From Trichoplax adhaerens (Eukaryota > Animalia > Placozoa), in contig NW_002060943.1 of assembly GCF_000150275.1 (NCBI RefSeq), positions 3,864,008 to 3,928,007 on the forward strand: a stretch of 64,000 nucleotides of DNA, written 5' to 3'. The translations under genes were made by a program, and so were the position numbers. How positions within the stretch are numbered: position 1 is the first letter of the stretch; each line of letters opens with the position of its first letter. Under the pieces are notes generated by a model. That model saw only the letters and a program-made list of their open reading frames with translations, made no database searches and had not been told where the DNA came from. Below, one piece after another: positions 43,353 through 55,500 of the stretch.

Positions 43353-43845
43353 TACAGTACGGTACGGTACAGTACAGTACCAGTACAGTGTACAGTGTAC
43401 AGTTTGTAGAAGAACCCACGGTACACTCTACTGTACATTGTACACAATGAAACCCCCCTCTAGCCGTGACCCCTGTGGCCCTTCCCATCCCAAAATGACT
43501 CAACTAATGTGCTGTAGTACTGTACTGTACTGTACAGTAGAATCGGTACCTACAGTACAGTACCGTACTATACTGTATACTGTACTGTACTGTACAGTGT
43601 ACAGTAGTACTGTACTGTACTGTACTGTACAGTATACTGTACGGTCCCGGTACGGTACTTCTAATCTCAAGTTGTGAATGAAGTACTGTACAGTACTGTT
43701 GACACGTACACATTGTCCGTCTGTCGTACTGTATAGTCAGGGACTCCGGAGACTAATACTGTACTGTACACTGTACGTACAGTACAGTACTGTTACTGTA
43801 CTGTAGAGTGTACAGTACATTACATTGTACATTGTACAGTACAAT
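43353..43845. repeat. Dense TACTG/CAGTA pentamer array with many perfect palindromes between the divergent IDH1 and BET1L genes
   Basis: Runs such as gtactgtactgtactgtacagtag and tacagtacggtacggtacagtacagtac; 16-bp palindrome AGTACTGTACAGTACT at 43682-43697. Ends ~80 bp before the BET1L ATG. Confidence 0.92.
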
Positions 43846-43922
43846 GGAAAAAGACTGTTGGCCTTGAGCAGCTCTGAAGACCAACAGCGCATGTTCATAA
43901 GTTTTCAATGACATCAGAAAAT

Positions 43923-44782
43923 ATGGCTGCCAACAATGGATGGTCTTCAAGAAGTAAGTATCCCTTGAAGAAATAGCCAAAAGTTAAAATTAAAACTATT
44001 ATCTGATTTCATTACTTTTTTTAACTCTTAAATATAAGGACCTATGAAAGGTGGCAATTTTACTGAAGCGGATAGGATGCTAGAAGAAGAAAATGATAGA
44101 CAAATTGCTGGATTAGCTGGCAAAGTATCTCAACTAAAATCAGTTAGTACACATACGTAGTAGACAGGAAATTGTCACAAGATGATTTACAATTGCTCAT
44201 TGGAAAGAATAATCTTAATGATATCAATATAAATAGAAAGATGTTACCAGCATTAAAAGCAACTTAGTCTTCTCTATATCTCTACTAACTGTACTTGTTA
44301 TAATAACTTTTAATTATATCTTTCCAAGCTAACTGTTGATATAGAAGGTGAAGCAAGAAATCATAACCACTATTTAGATGACATGGTATGATAATACAAT
44401 AGTTTTACTCTTTTAATTATCTATCTTAATATTTTTAAATTCACTTTGGGAGTGTTGAGATGCTGAAATTATACATACTTAATGATCAACCAGCTATACC
44501 CGTATCTGGATAACTATAGCTATTGCCAATTACTGTATTTGAATCAATCGATGGATTCAAGTTTCTGATATCTAAGCCAGCACCATATTCTTGACGTATT
44601 TGTTTTTATAGCAAGGAGATTTTGAAGGTACTACTACATTACTGGGTGGTAGTAACAAGAGATTAAAATCAATGGTGTCATCTGCAAGCCAGAATCCAAG
44701 ATTCATGTGTTACTTAATACTCTTTATCGTCGTCATTTTCTTCATTGCCTATTACATGGTGGGACGGGCTATTGCTACCTAA
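43923..44782 (+). CDS. BET1L: Golgi Qc-SNARE BET1-like (GS15), 4 exons, ~120 aa; absent from the ORF track
   Basis: Exons 43923-43953, 44039-44142, 44329-44385, 44612-44782 (363 nt). Translation: MAANNGWSSRRPMKGGNFTEADRMLEEENDRQIAGLAGKVSQLKSLTVDIEGEARNHNHYLDDMQGDFEGTTTLLGGSNKRLKSMVSSASQNPRFMCYLILFIVVIFFIAYYMVGRAIAT*. SNARE coil plus C-terminal TM; reads closer to BET1L than BET1. Confidence 0.88.
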
Positions 44783-47700
44783 AGAGGCCTCTTATACAGT
44801 ACTGTAATTTATAAATCAGCTATTTATTAGCACACAGTGACCAGTGCTGAAAACTATAAGAATGCTGTATATTGATGTTACTAAATAGCTATAATAAACT
44901 TCGTCATAAAAATGATCAATTAATGCATTATAGTTGAATTAAGTATAGATTTAACTTCTAGGGTAGATTGTGAGCTGAATTAAAATTAATGCAAAACCTT
45001 CTACAAAGTTGTGTTTTACGCTAATAAGAGTTGTGAATTAGGATAATATTCCATTATTGCTTCTTTATCACTATTTTAGCTACTGTTATGCTTCATGTAA
45101 GGAAATTAATTATAAAATGTTGGTTGCCTTAAAATATAATTTCACGAAGCTGCGACGGAGCTTTCGAGAATCATTCTCACTGTATCATTTTTGCTAAATT
45201 TATAATATTGTATATTTCGACTGACAAGAATTAATCACAGGCTTTTAATTTTACTTACTAGTAAGTGTACGTAGATGAAGGGTACTCGTATGTAATCTGG
45301 CGACAACACTTATCCGGGATTGAGCTCATGTTCCCCAATTGCTGTAAATATAAATGATAGTATATAGTCAGATGAAACATTACCACAAACTATAAAAAGT
45401 CTAATTTCTTTCATCTCTGTGACCGACAATGTTCGTAAGGAATAAACCTACTACTTTTTATAATTATTTCCTCTATATTCGTATTCAATAAATGCAGCAA
45501 AAATTAGCTGAGATTGTGTCGGTTTACTGTGTTGCGATTCTCTATTGCTATATAAGAGATACAAGCAGTCCACCGTCGGTAGTTATCTTCGCTTTACTTT
45601 AGCGATATTAGATGCCATAATACATTGATTGATTTACAGCAGTGTCACACACCACTAGTGACAAAGTAGTCTACACACGCCAATCCTTGCGGAGAACGCC
45701 ACTTACTAACTTAAAGAGGCGAGATTAGCTATATCACCAAATAATTCAGTTCCAACAACCGAATACTATGGTATAATTATAGCGTCACAGATGATGTAGA
45801 CGAGATAGTCAGAGATTTACTATCATTTATTACTGAAGGAATCTTGGCACCCAAGATTATAGTCTTCACAATTAAATATCAATTGAAAAACCAGTTGACT
45901 ATCTAACCGACTAACGAACTAAAAAGGAATCTTCAGGCATCAGCCTTTTATAGTCTCGTCAGAAACTCCTGGTGCACATAATATAAAAGTATCCTTTTAA
46001 AGTTGTAGGAATTATTATGAATATTGTCACTAAAGACTTCATATAACAAGCAGGTACTTAAATGATCTGATATAACATTTATACAAGACCAAAAGGCCTT
46101 ATTTTTAAAATTTGGTTTCGTGAAAGCCAACAAATTGCTTGAAGATTCTATCCTAAACCTTTCAACTCCTGGATCGACTACTACTTGAATAATAATTTGA
46201 ATTATGAATGTAATTTAATTCAAAATAATATTTGTATCATTTCTAAGGGCTACTACAAGTACCGCTATAACTGACGCTACTGTTTTGAAAGAAATACTAA
46301 AAGTTATATGTAATATATAATAAAAGAATTTACTTGGCAGTGATGCTATTAGTATACTAATCATAAGTAGGGCAAGAACCGCGACACAATCTGAAGTATA
46401 CCATTTCTTTTATGCTGTAGAAACTTAGATTATTTCTAAGTTTGTCATTTTATATGATATCGATACAGCTAATCAAAAATCGATATCTTAATTCATGTAG
46501 ACATTCTCTTGTATTCTGCTAGGCATAGTAATTATAAATTAAAATCTATTAAAAAAGTACAGATAGCCCATTTTCAACTTTCACCAAGAGTTATTAACAA
46601 TTCATGATTTGTAACGGCCCAACTCTACAACGTATAATCCAATAAACTAGACTATGGATTGCAAAATGTATAACTTTGAAAAACAGATTTAATGATCCAT
46701 AGCTAGATAGTGAATTTATTCGTCTCTGACATAGCTATCAGCATTAGTACCATCTCGTATCGATATAAATTTATTCGGTATTACTCTTCGCTAGTGAATA
46801 ACTTATGAGACTACAAATTGATTCTGATACATTCTCAGTCGTTGGTTTATTCTACATTGGCTGAAATTTGGATGTTTGTTTTATTACACAATTGTAGACA
46901 TCAAAAACTATTGATCTCTATCACAACAACTTCTCATACATTAGTATGGCTAAGCCGCTTAGGAATAATTATACTGTACATCCTGCATAAATTTTAATTA
47001 TGTCTTTTATAATACTAACATTAAGAAGATTTTTAAATTAAGAAATAAGAAATTATGACTATTAACTATGTCATTTAATAAGTCTTTATATAGCCTACAA
47101 TAATGAAGATTAATTTTAAAATTGTCGTCATAAATTCATTTATTATATAATTATAGAATAACATGATCAATATTCTACGAAAGATCTCTCTCTAAATTAT
47201 TAAGGAGAGTGAAAGGGATAAAGTAAATCATGTTGCCGTAAAATAGGCAGATTTAGGATTGTATCATAAATGTTGCAATCATGGCTGACTTTGATCATAA
47301 ATTGATGTAGAAATTATATGAGATACTAACAATGCATTTACGCGAAGTATCACGGGCAAGCATTCTATTAAGTTAATAATTTATAAATATTAGTCATTAT
47401 TCGTTTTCATTATACTGTACATACATATTAACGTGCAAAGTTGGCCATTTGAACACCACATATGTCATAGAGAAATTTATTTATGAATGTGCCCAGATTG
47501 TTAATTTGATAGCATAGAGAGAATAATAAGGAGTATAATCATTTCTCCCTTGTGTGTTTAATTAATTGTTATAAGTTCCAGACTAATTTAAAGCGTTGTA
47601 GGGTAATCATTCCATGTTTATACTATCATCAATGTCTCCATAAAGCTTATAAAAACAGTATAGTTCAACAGATTAGCAGAAAACAAGAAAAGATGGACAG

Positions 47701-50700
47701 AATATGATGATTCTTTGCTCTTAAAGTCTATTGTAAATAATTTCTAAATCTTCCTTTACTAATATTATTTGGCTAACTGAGCCAGTACAATTCTACCTTA
47801 GTTTTAAATTCAGTGTTTAACCATATTCTAGTTTCTAAATTTCGTTCTCTAGCTAAAATTTTACAAAACTATTTCAGTCCCTATATTTCATGCTACAAAG
47901 CAATGAAAGTTTATTTCTCTAATTTTAATGGTTAAAGTATCGTTCTAGTCAAAGTGTACGAGAATTTAGATTTTATCATTACTCTACGAAAGTTTAGAAG
48001 GTTTATTATGCAAATTCTATTGTATACTAGATATTTCTATAAAGGAAATATACACCGTCTTTAAATTAGATCATCTAATTATAAGATTCCTTCCTGATTT
48101 ATCACATGTTCTCCCTAATTCCTAAATAATGATAATCTAGTAGTATTGATAATTTTATTCGATTGCTTACTTATTTAACTTAATACGCTATTTAGTGACC
48201 AATTATAGGTTAATAGCGTAATAAATAAATTTTTCTAAGTAGAAACCACCTTTCATTCACTATTTAGGAGTTAAAATTTGGAATTGTAATTTGAATTTTA
48301 AAAATCTATCAATATTAATGCAATGTAGAATGAATCCATTTCAAAACTAGCCCTTTAAATACGATTTATTATAATTCGAGTATAGCTTCAGAAAATATAT
48401 GTAGAATAACGTGATTAGTGTTAAATAAAGAACTATTTATTTTTGTATTCCTAAGCATTTTATCCGTATACATATACCTTATAGAACCTATATCTGTATT
48501 AAAGTTTGTATTTTTAAACAGGCACTGATGAATTCGTGCAATTATCATACTTTACGTTAGGTCTCTTAATTTGTAGTATTCTAGCAGCATGAAACTTGTT
48601 CTTATGCTATTCACTTTCTCTTAATGTTTACCAGTACATCTGTCACCATAAATCTAAGAGAATATCGCTCACTGTAAAATGAAATACACTTAGCTGCATC
48701 TCTCTAATGAGGGAAAAATTTTCTGCAAGGTGCTTGTTGATCATGCTGGTAGCTTTTATAAAATACTATTTTCCATACTGAAAAGCCATTCTTTCAGCAG
48801 TATTCAACGGTGCAATGTTGCAATAGAGAGCAAATAGATGTCATAATATTAAATCAATTATAGACCAATTTCTTGCATAGTTACAAGGCAATAGTGCGAT
48901 TAGTCCCTTCGGAATTATAATAGCGTAATTTTAGTTATCCAACAAACTTTGAAGTTACTATACTACTATCAAAAAATTTATACTAATAATAAATTTCATC
49001 ACTGCTCGATAATTATAATTAATTCATAACAAGTTAAAACTCGTTTAAAAATCTTGCAATTAGTTCTATATCATTCACTTGGCAGCCGTGCCAAAATCCG
49101 TACAAATAAGAACAACAATAAATTAATAAGAACAAGATCCGCCATTCCAATCATGAACTGTACATGTTCGATCAAATCTCAAAACCTTTCAGCCTTAATT
49201 ATTATGAATGCAATATTGCAACCAATAAAATTATCAATTCAACCTCCATCTTCATATTTTAGCTGTAAAAATAGTTAAGCATTCATTTCATTTAGTTTTC
49301 TTAAGAATTCATTAATGTCTTTAATAAGGTATAAAATCGAATCAGATAAACTCAAGCATCTCGAGAAACTAAATAAATTACACGTTTCTATCCTAATATG
49401 ACGTCACGATTGCTTCTGCAATCGATCTTATTGATTGTCTTTCTGTTTAATTTGTCAATTTTTTTCATTTCAATTGAAGTTTGCACAATAAACTTATAGC
49501 AATCTCTATTCAACAAAGCATAAAAAATCGCTACATTGCCTATAATTATAATAAGAATAATCATCAAATTGCACCTATTTCAGTATCCAATAAGTGCTAA
49601 AATTGACTAAATACTCTCTAACTATATATGGAGCCTTAGAGGTCTTACTTTCATATCTGCAAAACTATTTAGATTACAATCGAAACTCTAACGCAAAATT
49701 AGATAAAATTTATTGCTATCTCTGAATATATAGAACATAAGGTAAAAACTAGGTTAGTGTAAATTAAGACTTGAGCTGGCTCTAATAGAGTAACTGTAGA
49801 GAATAATAATCCTTCAAGATTATACTGATAACATCAAATAACCATTAGGGAAGAAGGCGAAGTTGAAGTTCCAATTTAGGCCAATAACAACTATCAAAAT
49901 TAGCATAGACTGGCGCTACACATATTAGTAAGTTTTCAATATCAGCCAAATTAGCTCTTCTTCATTACTACCTTGATTCTATCTTTTTCGTCCGTTATCC
50001 ATGCCATATTCAATTGTTACGACTAAAAACCGATGACTGACAAAACTGAATGATTAGTTCTTTATGTCAATAATTGATTAAGTGATTGAGATCAATTACG
50101 ATATCATTATAATAATCCACTAATCCATCATTATAATGGACTGCCCATCCCCTTTATGCGCACGCTATACAACATCAACAAGTTTGATGATCTGATCATA
50201 TATGTAAATCTATGTATTTCGTAGCCAATAGAAAGCTTAATCATCCAAGTAAATCTAGATTATATTGATATTACCACCCCCATCGAGGCTCTGAAATCAA
50301 CAGTTTAACGAAGCACTTTGCATCGCCAACAGCTCGTTGTGTAGATAAGTGAATTTCTGATTGCAGATCTTAATAAAGAGTGAAAATAGAGCTAAAGGAT
50401 TGAATTTTGGTTCAACCTGAAAGATTGTCCTATATCGTAAGCAATACTGCTATTCTTGATTTACTGTATATCCATCCTTCGAGATTTAATTTATCCAATT
50501 TATAGTTATTCTTAAAACAGTTTACGATTTTACGTTCGCCATTGCAAATTTCTATGGGGATTTATACTGTCAACTCCTTCTTTTCTTCATTTGTCATACT
50601 TTATTTTATATCTCATCTTTACAGCAATTAAATTTCATGCAATCATACTTAGTTGATGTAATTTCTGTCCATCAGTTTTGCTGCATGAAAGAATTAGTAT

Positions 50701-51479
50701 CTTAACTTATCTCCAGATTATTTATTCATCCAATCGCCTATGTTACGTAATTTATCATAATCAAACTAAAACAATAATAGAAGCCTCTTCAGAAAACAGA
50801 TTGTCATAACGTTACTAATAGTTGATCTCACCTTAATAGATGATTACTATTGCAGTTATAGCAAATTTTAGGGAATGCTTACTAGTATAAGCTAAGTCAT
50901 AGAAAACTAGATAATAAAATACACTCTTATCTATAAACTGAAAATGTGAGCTAGCTGCTTTGATTTCGTCTAAACTTTGGCATAAACTATCAACCTAAAA
51001 GCATTATTTTTATGCATCGATTTATAACTAGAATTAATCTGGGTGCAGAAAAGTTATGAAAAAAAAAGAACGTCAGGGTAAAATTACGCGGAAATCAAGC
51101 CATGCCTACCGTAATAACAGGCTATCTAATCGCAAACGACGAGGGCATAATGTTGTAGTCATAAAAAAGAACTTTAAAATTTCAAGTACAGGTATGAAAT
51201 CTTTTGCAGCTCGAAATCTTTTAGCCAAGTTTTTTTGCATTAAGAATTACTCCAGCTAATTGAATAAATAGGCCTTGAGAAATTTTACGAAAGGTTAAGA
51301 TGTGCAGTAGAATAATTTATATTTAATTATTAATAACCAATGGTTTACAGTAACTCCTAAAGAAAAAATTTAATGCATTTGAACTTTCGTAGATATTAAA
51401 GACGGTAGATTTAATTCATAGATAACTGCCGTAAATGACTTTTTCTCTAAAACGTACAAAAAAATTATCCCTTTTGCAC

Positions 51480-51500
51480 AACCCTAACCCTAACCCTAAC
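51480..51500. repeat. Short interstitial telomeric-type repeat, (CCCTAA)3.5
   Basis: aaccctaaccctaaccctaac, i.e. TTAGGG repeats on the - strand. Confidence 0.65.
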
Positions 51501-52520
51501 ATAGTACGAAAAAATACAACGTACTTAAATTTAAGATAGATTTATTTTATTGAATTTTTATTTCTATTTTCTAATTTGTCGCCCGTTACCTTGTAAATTC
51601 TACTATTCTACTTCCAGAATTTGTGATAGCGTGAAATTCGTTTTCCTATAGTAATGTTATTTTCTTTGCTTATCAACAAATTCAATATGTAGCTTTTTCT
51701 CTCATTTACCTCGTGCCCTTTCTTTCTCTAGTTGTTATCGTTTATATACTTAGCTTCCTTAAGCTGAATCGTATTACAATTTTTTATTCTCATTGCCTTC
51801 TCTTTACTTTAGGCTACATGATATTTTTTATACATTTACGTATTCCGGTGACATTACTCTTTAGGTGTACTGTACTTTATGCAATTTCAGCAAGCAATTA
51901 CTGCCATCAATTTCTGATGGAAGATCGATAATTTCATCGTCATCCTTTTTGTTAACATCACGAATATTCTTTCTCCGTTCTTTTCTATCAATCCTATCAA
52001 TACAATACTGAAGATAAATAAGCTAATTTATTTAGATATCAAATATAACTATTAAGAGTTTATAATAAATGCCTACTAGATTAAGGACATTCTTATGAAA
52101 ATTAATTTTAACCTTATCGTATTTATACAAGTAATATTGTTGACATAAGGTATAAAAACAATAATGCGGCTTTTATTGTTTTGAAATTAGAAGAAAATGA
52201 TATCCTACAGTATATCGATTACGATTACATAAGATCTATTAAGTGGATTATACCTATTCTGAAGAATTAAAAGATGTTAATAATTTATTTATAATCTCCA
52301 TGCATATCAGCCATTTCTCTTCTTAAGGTTAACGTTACTTTAACGTCACCGAAAAAATAGCATAGACTAACATTAATATTGTATTCTCTAATGATGTTTG
52401 TAGCGCATCGGTAGACCTTAAAATGTAAAATAATGATCTAAACAAGTGCTTGACCGTTAATTTGGATATGATTTATTTTTTAACGTCGTATAATTTTTAT
52501 ATATTTCATTAACCGTCCAG

Positions 52521-55500
52521 GGCAAATCGCTACATATCCTGATCAATCGCCATTGGATAACAAGCCGATTCATCAGCAAGAAAAGATGACTGTAGGGCAG
52601 AATAAAATCCTAGATAAAACACTGCAAAAGTGCCGCAATATTGAAATTATTAAATGGTAGCTAACCATTTGACTTTGATTTATTTCACGCATAGAAATTT
52701 AAGTTTGTAATTTTTTCCTTTAAATATACCAGTCTACTTACAGTCGTGTGCATCCGCATATACCTTAGATGAAATAGCTTATAAAAACTTGTTTAATATA
52801 TGGATTAGCTCCTATTGCTACTCAATTGTAATAATTACTATATTTCCTTGTAACAGGTTAGATGAAAACTATACCGTTAATGAAGGTGTTTGTATGCCGC
52901 GATGTATACTTTACGGTCATTATTTGGAGTTTTGTCGAGCTAGAAATGTTATAGCCGCCTGCCCAGCTACCTTTGGCAAGGTAAGAATTATTCTTTTTAG
53001 CACACTTTTTTTGTCTATATTCGTATAGCGACGACAGTTGCAGTCCATTCAAATTCTAGCTGGGAAGATTTTTTTTCTGACCCTAACACGACGATCAAGA
53101 CTTACGCGAGTTTTCGGCATAAATTTCACTTTTTGAGGCCTATAGAATTGATATTTTATAGTTTCCTATCCATTACTTGGTTTCTTTCCCCTTTGGCCAA
53201 GCGGGTTATCGTACTTCAATACAATAGTCCTTGAACCTGAACATTTGCAAATTAATCCATAAACATCCGCGATCTTCATTGTTATTATTATCGATGATTT
53301 GTGTACAAATATGCTAATATCCTAAACCACCCTATAATTTAAGAAGTCAATAACATCCAATTGGCCTATATTCTTAATTTCTCTGATTCATTACGTTGAT
53401 ATTTAGACTAGATTGCGTAGCACATTAGTGTTAAAAAAAGGCGGATAGGGGAGGAGATAGTAGATATAAGAGAGGGGGTAGGAATATCATTAAAGAAGAG
53501 GCTCAGAGAATCACAATATATTATTATCACCGAGAGTTAATGTTTCAGCTACTATACTCTAGGTAAATGATGTAAGGTTTAAAACATTTTGTAATGACCA
53601 AAAACTATCTAAAATACATTCCAATCGTTTTATCTAGTACTATCAAGCATTTAAATAATTACCACTTGTACTTGTAGTCAACAATCTTTCAATACAAGAG
53701 TTTTGATGTAATGTATGAAACTATTGCTGTTCTTATTAGAGTAATTATATTTTGATAGGAAAACCAATTATATAGGAGAAAATATTTGTTAATCATTATC
53801 CATCATCATTCATTATGTATTTTTCGATATTTGCCAAATATAACCGTAATTGCAGTAGCAAGAGTCGCAACACTGAACTAATTTAATTAGGAAATAAGTG
53901 CTAAATAAAACTTACAGATGCATTATATTGGAAACGCTAGTCATAAGAGTTACTAATTGCAGTATAATCTATCACTTCCTGCTATAGAGTTATTGCACAG
54001 TTCTCTCTTTAGCAATAGCGATCGACCTAACGGTAAAGTTAATCTATTTGGAGAATGATCCCGCCATAATAAATCACAGTTGAAAACTTTTTCTTCCTCG
54101 TTATCACATGTGTGTTTCATATGTTGGCATGTTTTATTGTAATGAAGTCTATCCAAGTACTACATTAAAACATGATCAGCTTATTAACTGATTAATCTAT
54201 ATTAAGCTGTTGAAATATTGTCACAATTATTATCCTTAAAGAATTCCTTCTTACAGGTATGACGAAGTTGTTCACTATAGATATATCACAAGTACTTTAA
54301 TTAACTAAAATGACTGTTTTCGCGTCTTACACAGAATAGCATTTCAATCAATTTAAATAGGTATCATTCTTATTACGATAAGATTAGTTTAAGTGCGAAA
54401 AATAATAAAATCTTAGGCAATCTTAATTCATCTTTATTATGTTGCTATATTCTAGTGAGGGAATGATTATCATTTTTCCGATGGAGGATTGCTGTTTTAA
54501 TTATTTTTCAAAGTTTTTTATACACTTTTTGTTTATATGAACCACTTATAACATACTAAGTGTATATTTTAAAGATTAGTTATATAACTAGATAAAAAGT
54601 TATTAATGGAAATAAAAATATAACTAAACATCTGTTAATACAGATACATTTCACGTTAATCTTTTAGCACTTTATCTCAACTAAATTATTAAAAGCATCT
54701 TTAACTAGACACATTTTTTTAGGGAAACTTATAAAATTCGATTTCTATACCCTGTCTATTTGGTTATATCATTAATCATGGAATAGATTTGATGATTAAG
54801 TACCTAATTAGATTAATTAGAGTTCTCGTTACGTATTGTTCTCGGCTCTTAATTACATTTTAACAAAGCATTTCATATCTTATCATGATTTACAGCGGGG
54901 ATAATCATTAATCTTGATCATTCATCTCAGTCCGATTATTTGAAAATGTGTTCTTTGCTTGCCAATTCGATGACTTTATCTCGGACCATTTGCTTATAAT
55001 CGATTACTCTAATTACTATTGTCGTCTTATTTGATCTTAATTGATCACACACTACTTGTACTCTTCATGTTATGATCGAATAATGGAAAAATGTCAATAA
55101 GCAATATAACCTTATTGACATTATTTAAATATTATTGCATCTCTTTTGTCATCATTGTTGTTGTTTATCCCATAGCTAAAGTACATGCGATCAATGTTAT
55201 TTGTTGCTGGCAAAAAAGTAGATTAACTTGTAGATTTGCGATTAACCTTGAACTCTTCCGTTAACGATTAGAATCTATAGCGTGGCTAAGGGGCGTTTAG
55301 TCCGCCTTAAGTAATTCTAGTCTCCAATGTATTCATGTTCCAAAACTTTCCTAGCTACAGGATAAATGACTTAAACGAGAAATCTTCCGGAAATAATTAT
55401 TTCTCCATGATTTATTAAAACCATTATAATCCATAGGTAACATCGATAATTCATACGACAGAATCGCCTCTATTCTATATTAATGTTCCTTATTGTGTTA

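Noticed and set aside
43353-43845. CRISPR-like array
   Set aside because: No constant-length repeat with unique spacers, no cas genes, and a eukaryotic context.
43438-43980. ORFs 43438-43677, 43504-43713 and 43753-43980 (also 34818-35120 and 43023-43208) rich in TVLYC/STVQY
   Set aside because: They are translations of the stop-poor TACTG/CAGTA pentamer repeat, not proteins.
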